From: a virus
Taxonomy: Duplodnaviria > Caudoviricetes
DNA length: 64,000 nt
IMG/VR virus record: IMGVR_UViG_3300021426_000067
Direction: 5' to 3' (one strand)
Shown: positions 33,557 through 43,158 of the stretch, one piece after another
Position numbering within the stretch: position 1 is the stretch's first letter
Layout: every line of letters begins with the position of its first letter
The notes under the pieces: model-generated
Databases searched by the model: none
Told to the model about the DNA's origin: nothing
What the model saw: only the letters and a program-made list of their open reading frames with translations
Translations under genes and position numbers: made by a program

Positions 33557-33598
33557 ATTATAACAAAAAAAGAAAGAGTTGTCAAGTCAACTCTTTCT
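33557..33598 (-). promoter_or_regulatory. sigmaA promoter overlapping a terminator hairpin
   Basis: TTGACA(33580-85)-17-TATAAT; hairpin AGAAAGAGTTG/CAACTCTTTCT. Confidence 0.7.
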
Positions 33599-34375
33599 AA
33601 TACATTCGTTAAAGGCTTTAAAATTATCAGAATTTAATTTTCCAGGAACAGCATATATAATATTTTTAATTTTACTTTCTTTAAAAATGAAATCAAATAA
33701 TCTTGCAATAACTTTTGGGTGTTGTCCAAATACACCGCATCCCCAAGCTCCAAGAATAAGAATATCAACATTATTAAGTTCTGCAATATTTTTAATAAAT
33801 TGCATGCGCTGAGCTAATACAAGAGTATTTTCAACTTGAGTAACTCCTCGCTCACTTGCAGCAGTCCAATTAGGAGATGCACAAGTGATTACATCTGCTT
33901 TTACTATTTTTTCTCCTTTATTAAAAATAATATCTGGAGAATATAAAGCCCTATCAGTATAAAGATTTCTATTTGCTTTAGAATTATTTTCTTTATAATA
34001 CGGTGCAAAATTTTTTAAAACATTATAAAGATTAGATTCATGACATAAACATTCTTCTTGAGCATTACTACCTTCAATAAATTTTCCACCAGGATTTCTA
34101 TATGAAGCAAAATTAAGAACTGCAATTTTTGCATCTTTTACAGCCTTTCGAATGAAAAAAATAGCTTCTACAGTATTCATATCAAGTAATAGTGAATAAG
34201 GAGATGGATTTAATCCATTTGTAGTCCAATCCCATTTATCTATTGGGCCAGTATAAATAGTTGTATTAGCGACAGTTGTCATAGTTTCTTTAGCAAAATG
34301 TTTGTTCATATATTCAATTTGTTTTTGTGCTTTTATTTTATTATCTTCTTTATATTTCCATGGACTTACTTTCAT
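33587..34375 (-). CDS. macrodomain ADP-ribose hydrolase (bacterial PARG/TIGR02452-like)
   Basis: VLNFAS..NPGGKF..G..AQEE.LC, YSP, ILGAWGCGVFG. Confidence 0.85.
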   Translation of the reverse strand: MKVSPWKYKEDNKIKAQKQIEYMNKHFAKETMTTVANTTIYTGPIDKWDWTTNGLNPSPYSLLLDMNTVEAIFFIRKAVKDAKIAVLNFASYRNPGGKFIEGSNAQEECLCHESNLYNVLKNFAPYYKENNSKANRNLYTDRALYSPDIIFNKGEKIVKADVITCASPNWTAASERGVTQVENTLVLAQRMQFIKNIAELNNVDILILGAWGCGVFGQHPKVIARLFDFIFKESKIKNIIYAVPGKLNSDNFKAFNECIRKS

Positions 34376-35466
34376 TCTATTATAATTCTCCTTTTAAATA
34401 ATTCTAAAAATTTACTTTTACCACAATCTATTGGTGAATCTTTATAACCAATTAAATTATCTTTATCAAACATATAACTAACATTTACATAACTACCATA
34501 TTTATTATATAAAGTTTTTAATTTAGTTACCCATTTCTCCCATTCTTTATCCCCAATTTCTTGAAACTGTTTATCAAAAGCAATAATAATTTCTTTTACC
34601 CCAAGAGATAAAAGTAATTTTACTTGATAATTAATTAAATTACTGCCGCAACATGCAACACTTATATCAGAGTCTTTACCAAAAAAAGTTGCATATTTAA
34701 GACAACTCTTCTCTCCTTCAAATACAATAGCTTTTTTAAATGCGGCGATAGCTTGTTTACTATAATTTAAATTATATAAATTAAATCCAAGCGGGTGATT
34801 ATACATTTTTCCATTAATTTTTGCTGGTCTATATTTTCCATATATTTCATTTTCTTTAATTAATGTTCGTTCTCTTATCCCCACAAGGTTTCCATTTATA
34901 TCATAATGAGGAATAACGACTCCTTCAGAAATAGGATCATAACAAATTCCTCTTGATTCCATTATATTAAAATCAATACCTTCTTCATACCAAGGATAGA
35001 CAAGCGGATGCGGTAAATATTTTAAAATTTTATCATCATAAATTTTTAATTCTACAATTTGTGACTGAGTAATTTCTTTATTTCTTTTGAAATTATTAAT
35101 AATTTTCCAATCTTCAGTGGTTTCTTGATTATCTTCAAAATCAAAAGTTTCTGGTGTATAACCAAAATATTTTGCAACAAAGGCAATAGCGCGTGGAAGA
35201 GAAAAATTTTCAACTCCCGCAGTATTATTAACTCTTAAAACTAAATCATATATATCAAATGATGCGTCTCCGCATCCTGTATAACAATGAAATAAATGTG
35301 TATTAGAATAATAATAAAGTTTATGGCTATCTCCGCCATGACAGATAGTGCGGGCGGTGAACAATCCATTTCCCATAATAGGTTCACCGCCTAATTCGCT
35401 AACTAAGTCAAATACTTCTTCTATTGTTAAATTTTCTTTTAAAGTATCTTTATCGTATTTATACAT
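34372..35466 (-). CDS. DNA primase
   Basis: CH..DS.KLYYY...FHCYTGC Zn domain; TOPRIM FEGEKS, IIIAFD. Confidence 0.85.
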   Translation of the reverse strand: MYKYDKDTLKENLTIEEVFDLVSELGGEPIMGNGLFTARTICHGGDSHKLYYYSNTHLFHCYTGCGDASFDIYDLVLRVNNTAGVENFSLPRAIAFVAKYFGYTPETFDFEDNQETTEDWKIINNFKRNKEITQSQIVELKIYDDKILKYLPHPLVYPWYEEGIDFNIMESRGICYDPISEGVVIPHYDINGNLVGIRERTLIKENEIYGKYRPAKINGKMYNHPLGFNLYNLNYSKQAIAAFKKAIVFEGEKSCLKYATFFGKDSDISVACCGSNLINYQVKLLLSLGVKEIIIAFDKQFQEIGDKEWEKWVTKLKTLYNKYGSYVNVSYMFDKDNLIGYKDSPIDCGKSKFLELFKRRIIIE

Positions 35467-35638
35467 CTTTTTTTTCTTTTATCTCTTTTAAAGGACAATG
35501 TGGCATACGTTTATCAAATATATTAAATTTATATCCCATAGATTTATCAGTTATATAACAAGTAGGATAGTCCCAACGATCGTCATACATAGGGCAATCA
35601 TTACAACTTTTAGGCATTTCTATTTCTATTGTAACCAT
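35459..35638 (-). CDS. small Cys-rich hypothetical protein
   Basis: MPKSCNDCP...CPLKE. Confidence 0.6.
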   Translation of the reverse strand: MVTIEIEMPKSCNDCPMYDDRWDYPTCYITDKSMGYKFNIFDKRMPHCPLKEIKEKKDV

Positions 35639-35789
35639 ACTTTTTATCTCTATATTCTTTTCTAAACATTTTTAATCTTTCACAACTATTACATTTATTA
35701 TGATTATATTTACAATCCCAACAGTTATCATTATCCCACCAAAACCATCTTGGCGGTTGAGGTCTTGGTTTTCTATATTTTCTTTTCAT
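35610..35789 (-). CDS. small Cys-rich hypothetical protein
   Basis: PRWFWWDNDNCWDC...C..C. Confidence 0.5.
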   Translation of the reverse strand: MKRKYRKPRPQPPRWFWWDNDNCWDCKYNHNKCNSCERLKMFRKEYRDKKYGYNRNRNA

Positions 35790-37331
35790 TTAAAATGCAC
35801 TTTCCTCTATTGGCATAACATTAATTTTTAAATCTTCAATACTAATCAATTCATAATTATAATTAGTAGCAAAGATAGGATTAATTCTACAAATTCCTCT
35901 ATCAGCTCTACACCAAAGTAATATATCTTTATAGCGGCCGCGCCTATTTTTATATACAGAAATCTTTATACTTGGCATTTCAATACCCATCGTATCTATA
36001 ATATTTTTTAAAGATTCTCTATCATCTTGACTAACTTGTAACATAATCATACCACAGTCAATTTTATCCGCAATAGCTTTAGCACCTCTCAAAAGATTTT
36101 GATCGTATTGCTGTGCTGAAACATAATCAGCATTTAACTGAGTAGCGGACATAATAAAAACGCCATATTGATTACAAAGATCTTTTAATCTGACGCTAAT
36201 CATAAAAAGAATATTATCTTCTCTAAGTCCTTTGACACCCGCTTTTGAACTAATTTCACTAAGAATCTTCATACTGGAATGAATATAATCCATAAAGACA
36301 TATCTAATACCATATTGTCGAATACCAAATTTTATAGTATTTTCAATATCTTGTAATGAAAAATCTGGTAACTTTTTAATATATAAAGGACTTTTTAAAA
36401 GAATTGCGGCGGCCTCATTAACACGCTCCCATTCATCGCCGGTATAAGTGTTTTCTAAGATATGATCTTCATTAACCCCAGAAAGAAAAGAAATCATCAT
36501 TGTTTGAATTTCATCTTCTTCTTGTTCTGTTGTTATAAATTGAGTAGGTTCACAAGTTCCATTGTCTTCCCATTTTCTTGTTTCAAGATTATAAATTTTA
36601 TCACAAGCTATAAAACAAGCATCCGCAATCATAGAACGAGTCTTTCCTACACCCGTAGCCGCAGATCGCAAATAAAACTTTTTTAATCTGGCTCCTCTAT
36701 GAACTGCATTAATCAATTTTCCATATAAAGGATAACCAACTTCTGGATTATCTTTTAATCTTTGTAAAAGAGCTGCCGCGCCTTCTCCCGCCTGAATAAC
36801 TCCATCTTCTGAGTTATCGACATATTTTGCTTTAATTTTTTCTATTCTATCGTTAATAACATTAGCTATATCTCCAATAGAAGTATTATCAAACCATGTT
36901 TCTTGCGCTTCTTTCTTTTTTACATCTAATATATTGTCTGGGTCATAAAGCCAAGATAAATCCATTCCTACAGATTTATTATACATTCTTAATAATGTCA
37001 TTTTTTTCATTCGATTATAATAATAATCAAAAGCCGCAAGTTGACACATTTCTTTAAGATTAGCTAAATATTCTGACCCTTTATTTATTTTATATACAGC
37101 ATATTTTTTTGGTCTTTGCTCTAAATATTTCTCTATATCATCTATTGTTATTTGTTTTGCTCCTAATTGATGCAGATTATAAATAGACCCAAATAAAATT
37201 TTATGAAACTCTTGCGGAAAGTCTTGTTCATTAAATTTATATTTATCTTCTAAATCTAATAAAGATGGATTAATAAATACATCACCTATTACCTGCATAT
37301 TTGCTGAAGTATCAACATATTTTGAACCCAT
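35790..37331 (-). CDS. DnaB-like replicative helicase
   Basis: SAATGVGKT, FITTE, FMDYI, SATQLN, KNRRG. Confidence 0.88.
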   Translation of the reverse strand: MGSKYVDTSANMQVIGDVFINPSLLDLEDKYKFNEQDFPQEFHKILFGSIYNLHQLGAKQITIDDIEKYLEQRPKKYAVYKINKGSEYLANLKEMCQLAAFDYYYNRMKKMTLLRMYNKSVGMDLSWLYDPDNILDVKKKEAQETWFDNTSIGDIANVINDRIEKIKAKYVDNSEDGVIQAGEGAAALLQRLKDNPEVGYPLYGKLINAVHRGARLKKFYLRSAATGVGKTRSMIADACFIACDKIYNLETRKWEDNGTCEPTQFITTEQEEDEIQTMMISFLSGVNEDHILENTYTGDEWERVNEAAAILLKSPLYIKKLPDFSLQDIENTIKFGIRQYGIRYVFMDYIHSSMKILSEISSKAGVKGLREDNILFMISVRLKDLCNQYGVFIMSATQLNADYVSAQQYDQNLLRGAKAIADKIDCGMIMLQVSQDDRESLKNIIDTMGIEMPSIKISVYKNRRGRYKDILLWCRADRGICRINPIFATNYNYELISIEDLKINVMPIEESAF

Positions 37332-37843
37332 TATTCGTCCTCTCCTTCAAACCACATTCGCGGCGGCCGCACATCTACTCGTGGAGATTTTATATTTATA
37401 ACTCTTTCTTTTGGCAAAATAAAAATTGGAATATTCTTTTGCTGATTTACTAATTGTGCTTGATAAAGCATATAATAATAGCGTTTAGCTTGTTGATAGA
37501 TATAAGGAATAATTCCTATACTACCGTTACTTTTTTCTGTTGAATGTCCTTCTTTTTCATAATACCATTTTAGACTACTTAACATACCATGATAAGTATA
37601 ATGATTTTCTTTTATATATCTTTCTGCTAATTTTTTAGTTAAAGTATAATTATAATCTTCTCCAAATAATTGTTTAGTATACTCATAAAAAGCTATCATG
37701 TCTTTTTCTTCTTGAGACATATTAGCAATATGTTCTTCCCAACATTTTAGATGTGCGTACCTACGAGCAGAAACTTGTTTTGTAGGTTCTTTATCTCTAT
37801 CAAATTGTTGTCTACAATAAAAACAAATTACTTTATGAGCCAT
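37331..37843 (-). CDS. Zn-finger replication-associated protein
   Basis: CFYC...H.KC, GIIPYIY; coupled to the helicase. Confidence 0.55.
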   Translation of the reverse strand: MAHKVICFYCRQQFDRDKEPTKQVSARRYAHLKCWEEHIANMSQEEKDMIAFYEYTKQLFGEDYNYTLTKKLAERYIKENHYTYHGMLSSLKWYYEKEGHSTEKSNGSIGIIPYIYQQAKRYYYMLYQAQLVNQQKNIPIFILPKERVINIKSPRVDVRPPRMWFEGEDE

Positions 37844-37873
37844 AAAAATCTCCTAATTTTTTCTATATATTAT

Positions 37874-37920
37874 ATTATAATAAAAAAAATAAGACTTGTC
37901 AAATTACTTTGGCAAGTCTT
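37874..37920 (-). promoter_or_regulatory. sigmaA promoter overlapping a terminator hairpin
   Basis: TTGACA(37897-902)-17-TATAAT inside AAGACTTG..CAAGTCTT hairpin. Confidence 0.7.
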
Positions 37921-37932
37921 ATCATATATATA

Positions 37933-38982
37933 TTATTCTGACGGCGTTTCCTTGGAAAGCTGGATTAGGTCATCGCAAATCAGAGACAGGGCCTCTACTT
38001 GTTCACGAGAACATTGATTTATCTTTTGACCGCGTCCTAAGTATCGCTCAATAATCTGAGTAATTCGGGGTTGGTAGTATTTATCAAAAACGCCTGACTC
38101 AGAATAATTATCTAACATTGATTTGATTAAACTATTGCATTTACCTATAATGTCATCAAAATTCAATTCTTTTGTTGTATCTTGATAAAGATTACTTTTT
38201 TCATTAGTAAAATACTGTTCGCCATCTTCTTCCGCTTGTTTATCAATAGCTTCACTAATGGCATCTACTAAATTATTATAAGAAAAATCAATATATGGAG
38301 GAGTGTATTTAAAACGACTACCAGCTTCATATCTTGGAGTTCCTCTCATAAATAACTTAGTGGAACTTTTACCTTCTTTATCAGTAACAATTCTTGAATA
38401 ACCGATTATATCAGACATTCTTGCAACGATGTTATTGGCTCTTTTGTCAAGAGTTGGGACAATTTTATTATATTCATTTCCATTCTAATCTTTAAAAACT
38501 TTATCAGTAGCATGAGAAATAAGAATAAGTCCATAATCCATCATTACAATAGAACGCAAACATTCATCAAATTCTTTTGATACCATGCTGTATCCCTTAC
38601 CAAAAGGAATATCACTAATACTGTCTACTCCAAATCCACCACCTTGTTCTTGTGTTCTTGGAGCGTTATCACAAATATATTTTGTACAATAATCATAAGC
38701 TATATCACAGGTATCAATAGTAATTGTATAATATTTCTATTTAGCTCTTGGGTCTTTTAATTGGCGTAGAACTTTTCTAAAGTCCGCCCAGTTATTAATA
38801 GGCTGTGCCATAATTCCTGGAATTGCATTATATCCTTTTTCAAAAGCTAAGAGTAAATTTTTCTAAAACTTTGATGCAGTTGTTGTCTTGCCGCTCTTTG
38901 GTTCTCCATAAAAGAATATAGAATATCCACGAAGATTTCTACTTACCTGATGCGGCTAAATATTAAAAATATCAATTGCCAT
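37933..38982 (-). CDS. AAA_24/Sak4-like ATPase (4 in-frame TAG)
   Basis: 349 aa; YGEPKSGKTT, LAFEKG, ITIDT, LISH, DIIGY, AGSRF. Confidence 0.8.
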
Positions 38983-39025
38983 ACATTATCCTTTCTATGT
39001 GGTTAGAGGGGTATAACCCCTCTAA

Positions 39026-40015
39026 TTACCAATTACTCATATCAAAATTAAAGTCACCAGAAGCAACTGGAACACTCTCGGTTGGAAGACTACTTGTAGT
39101 TGTAGCATTTTTCTGATTTTCTTTGAATCTGCTTTCAACTTCTGCAAGTTTAATCTGACGATTCTGATTCATTTTGTTGACATCTTCGGCTGTAAGAACA
39201 TCATCATTTCCAAAATCATAAGGAATTTTTGCAGTTCCAGTAATAACATATTCACGACTTTTTTGCTCAGAAGAAGTAACCATAGCTTCTCCCCATGCAG
39301 ACTCTTCAACTCTTTCAGTTTTCACAGTCATGCAATTAATACGTCCCCATACTTTTGTAAAAACAGGGTCTTTCTGAGTTACTTCAAGATCTTCAAAATA
39401 ATTCATTCCACCAGGATTGCGAACTACAAAAGTTGCAGGAATAAGTGTAGGAATTTCTGCTCCATATCCAAAAATGCAACCACTAACTCTGGTAAAATCA
39501 TCTTTAATACCTCTTTCCTCATTAGCATCTACATGAGTAACTTTTGCAATAAGCATATCTGTCATAAAGGTGTTTCTATCTGACTCTGGACCAAGGTCAT
39601 TTATAATACTACAGAAGCCATTTTCATTTCTAAGTGCGGCAACTTTTGTTTCATCAGAAGCAATAAAATCATTTACCGCGATAGCAACACCAGTACACTG
39701 AACTTTAATAGCATTTTCTTTACCACCTGTCAGCCATGTTCTATCAGGACTATCAATAATTTTCTTTAAAGTAGCATATGTACTGTTAGGAGTCCCTTTC
39801 TTTGTCTGAGGTGTGACATAGGAATAATGTACAGTAATTACATTTAAACCATTCTCATCTACGGCAATATCAAGATCGCCTGCAATATATTCAGCACCAG
39901 GGTTTTTTGCTTTCTCCCCAGCGGTTCTTGTTGAAAGTTGATTAAAACCACTACCTGTACTATATACGTAACCTTCAATTTTTTCTCTGTTAATAAAATT
40001 TGCCTTATTTTTCAT
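39026..40015 (-). CDS. putative single-stranded DNA-binding protein
   Basis: next to the Sak4-like ATPase; acidic/aromatic C-terminus. Confidence 0.55.
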   Translation of the reverse strand: MKNKANFINREKIEGYVYSTGSGFNQLSTRTAGEKAKNPGAEYIAGDLDIAVDENGLNVITVHYSYVTPQTKKGTPNSTYATLKKIIDSPDRTWLTGGKENAIKVQCTGVAIAVNDFIASDETKVAALRNENGFCSIINDLGPESDRNTFMTDMLIAKVTHVDANEERGIKDDFTRVSGCIFGYGAEIPTLIPATFVVRNPGGMNYFEDLEVTQKDPVFTKVWGRINCMTVKTERVEESAWGEAMVTSSEQKSREYVITGTAKIPYDFGNDDVLTAEDVNKMNQNRQIKLAEVESRFKENQKNATTTSSLPTESVPVASGDFNFDMSNW

Positions 40016-40052
40016 ATTTACTTACCTTTCTTTATCAACTTTTTACTCTTAT

Positions 40053-40081
40053 ATTATAATAAAAATTTTTTTAGTTGTCAA
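40053..40081 (-). promoter_or_regulatory. sigmaA-type promoter
   Basis: TTGACA-17-TATAAT. Confidence 0.75.
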
Positions 40082-40445
40082 TGTGATACAGTCTTCCAGT
40101 CTCTGTAAGAGAATATTGAACAGGGTTTTTCCCAATTTTTTCTACATATCCATCATTAACTAATTTCTTCATAGAACCTGAAATAGAACGACCAGATGTA
40201 AAAAGCCCTTCTCCTATTTCTTTTGCTGTGAAAACATTAGACATTTCCTCTATATGTTCCTGCATCCACGTGAGAACTTTTAAACCATTTTCAGTCATAT
40301 CTTTTGGAGGCGCAAGACATTTCTTATAATCTTCCCAAAAGGAACATATATCGCCCCAATCCGCTTCCCAGTTTTCAGAATAAATGTCAGGATTATCAAA
40401 AATTTCTGTTTGAATACAATTAATAAATTTTTCTTTTTTAGTCAT
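40071..40445 (-). CDS. winged-HTH DNA-binding protein
   Basis: FTAKEIGEGL..SGRSISGSMKKLV.DGYVEK...P..YSLT. Confidence 0.75.
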   Translation of the reverse strand: MTKKEKFINCIQTEIFDNPDIYSENWEADWGDICSFWEDYKKCLAPPKDMTENGLKVLTWMQEHIEEMSNVFTAKEIGEGLFTSGRSISGSMKKLVNDGYVEKIGKNPVQYSLTETGRLYHIDN

Positions 40446-40525
40446 ATAATTCTTTCCTTTTCAATTCTTAATTTTTATAATTTTATTATAATATAATATT
40501 TTTTATTTTTCAAATTAGAAAAGAA

Positions 40526-41392
40526 TTATTCTTCATCATAAAAAATTAACTCATTAGCATAAGGCAAAGACTTTGCCCATTTTATAAAATTATCTTTAGA
40601 AGAATCATCTTTACCGCTCCATTCATTAAGTTTATGATTCATTCTTTGATGACAAATTGTACGAATTACTTCATAATTAGCCGTCCATGTTCTGGTTTGA
40701 AGCCAGCTCTCGGGTAGCCACCGCACAAGTTCTTTCCAATATCTTTTATCTTTTGTTTCAAGATATTTTTGACGAAGAAATTCAAGTTGTTCAATCATAA
40801 AATCAGATAACATCCCAATATCATTACCTGCAAGTTTGCCTGCATATGTTGGGATACTGTAATATATTAAATCAGAATTCATATCATCTGTTTCAAAACA
40901 ATCAAGAGTAATAGGGTTACTTGTTAATTTGTGCATAGTAGAAGTGCTGTTAGCAACTGTTCCTACTTTATATGTATCCATCTATTTCCACCAATATAAA
41001 GGTGCAGTAATATCAACAGATACAAAGATTTGACGTAAGAATTTACGATGTTCTGGTCCACCTTTAATAAGAGTCTGAGCAAGTTTTAAATCATTAGGTC
41101 CAATAAAAGCATTATCTCTATACTGATAATCTTTAGATTCTTTTAAAACTCCTTCTGCAATTAACCAATCGCAATATTTATTTTCTAAATCAAAAAATTC
41201 TTTAGTATCTTCCTATCCATTCCATTCGGGATGATTTTGATAAACCCAAGCATTAGCTACATCAAGAACCCCTTCATCATAATCATCCGTAATATTAAAA
41301 TAACTATCACTTTTATTCCAACTATTTTTAGGGTTTCTCATTCCTCTAATGGCGTGTTCAAAACCCCAGACCTATGTATTTTCAAATTTCAT
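40526..41392 (-). CDS. ThyX-like protein (3 in-frame TAG)
   Basis: 288 aa; AIRGMRNP, EHRKFLRQI, APLYWWK*MDTY, STSTMH, LPESWLQ.R, QR.NHKL.EW. Confidence 0.7.
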
Positions 41393-41395
41393 ATT

Positions 41396-41656
41396 TTAAT
41401 CTCCTAAATTTGTTTTTATCGTAATAGAATTATTAGATATATCACTGCCATTAATAGTATATGGATTATTTGAATCTGCTTTAATGGTAGTGGTAGTAAG
41501 TGGAGTGGTAATAACTGAAGGGGAAGAACAAGTCCACCAATGCGAATAATTTCCGCGGTTATATCCTTCCCAATAACTTTCATTTAAAAGCTACTCTAAT
41601 TCTTTTTTTGTTAATTCTATTTTTCCATTTTTATTTAATGTAAATACTTTAATCAT
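41396..41656 (-). CDS. hypothetical protein (1 TAG)
   Basis: MIKVFTLNKNGKIELTKKELE*LL... Confidence 0.6.
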
Positions 41657-42579
41657 AATGTGTTATTTCCTTTCGTTGAATTATAGCCAAATTTATTACT
41701 TTGATACATGTCTATCCAGAATTTTTCTTTTTCATTTAATAAATTTCTCTAATGGATTTGTTCTAATAATTCAAAAGAAAAGTTCCAAACACCATATTTT
41801 TGCATAGCATTATAAAGTTTATTTGTTGCGGATGCGTCAATTCCTAAACCACATTTACAATGTTGTTTCCAGCGGTCAGCAACGTTCACGCTTTGACCTA
41901 TATAAGCCTATTCTGTTAATAAATTTGTAATTTTATAAATACCACAAACAGATTCTTTTCCTAAAACTCTATCACATAATTCATTCATTTGCTTTTGAAA
42001 ATATTGTGTCCAGATTAATTTACTTAAAATAACTGGTTTATGTAAAGTTGATTTTAAATTTTCTAAAACTTTAACATCTGACAAATCAGTTTCATTAATA
42101 AATAATTTATAAAAATTTATTTTTTCTTTTTTTTCTTGCTCGCGGAGACGAGCTTCAACACCCGCGCTTAAAGAAGATCTTATTTTATCTATTTCCGCCT
42201 GTATTTCCATTTTCTATTTTTTTGCTGATTCTCTAATATTATTTAAATCAGTATGAATCTGAGTTATTTCAGCATATGCCGCATTATTAGCTTGTTGTAT
42301 TTTAATATCAAAAATTTCTTTTCTTGCGGCTAAATCTTCATCAATTCTATTTTTCTATTTTTCAAATTGCTATTCAATAGATTTAATTTGTTCTTGTTTA
42401 GATGTAATTGTTGCTGATAAGTTTAAATTTTGGTTAGCTAATTGATTTGTCTATTCAGCTAATTTCTAATTATATTGCTATTGCTATTCATTTTTTTGTA
42501 GTATTGTTCGTTGTCCTTTAAAAAAAAGGAAACAACCAATAATAAATAAAATAACACTAAGAAAATTTACTACTATCAT
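41653..42579 (-). CDS. membrane-anchored coiled-coil GIY-YIG nuclease (multiple in-frame TAG)
   Basis: 308 aa; N-terminal hydrophobic helix, coiled coil, GIYKITN...YIGQS..RWKQH...GYN. Confidence 0.75.
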
Positions 42580-42651
42580 ATTTTCTCCATATAAAAACAA
42601 GGGTTAGAAATAAAATTCTAACCCTTATCAAGTCTTAACAATGAAAGGAAA

Positions 42652-42936
42652 TTAGTCCTCAGCTTCTGGATCAAATTCACGACCTTCATCAGTTAACTGG
42701 ATGAATTTAACAGGTTTATGAAGTCCAGTTTCAGGGTCAACGATTTCTGCGGGGACACGAACCATTAGAGGAATCTCTTCTTTAGCCGCATTTTTATGAC
42801 GCTGAAAAGCTGAAGTAATAATTCCATTTACAGAACGAACTTTCATACCAAGAGCATCTGCAATATCCTGTGCTGTAAAATCTTCTCCATCATGTTCTTT
42901 TACAAAACTTAATACTTTCTTACTATTATCATTCAT
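42652..42936 (-). CDS. HTH DNA-binding protein
   Basis: FTAQDIADALGM.VRSVNG; preceded by tandem sigmaA-like promoters. Confidence 0.7.
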   Translation of the reverse strand: MNDNSKKVLSFVKEHDGEDFTAQDIADALGMKVRSVNGIITSAFQRHKNAAKEEIPLMVRVPAEIVDPETGLHKPVKFIQLTDEGREFDPEAED

Positions 42937-43158
42937 AATTATTTACTCCTTTGTATAATTTTTATTATTTGTTTATATTTTCCTAAAGATGAATTTATAT
43001 TTATCATCTGTATTCTTATTATATGAAAAATTTTTCATAAAGTCAAGAAAAATTCCAGATAAATGAAATATATTTTTACATTTTTGTTTTATTGTTTGAA
43101 TAACAACTTTCTCTTAACTATTCATCTTATTTACAATTCTATTATATAAAAAATTTTT

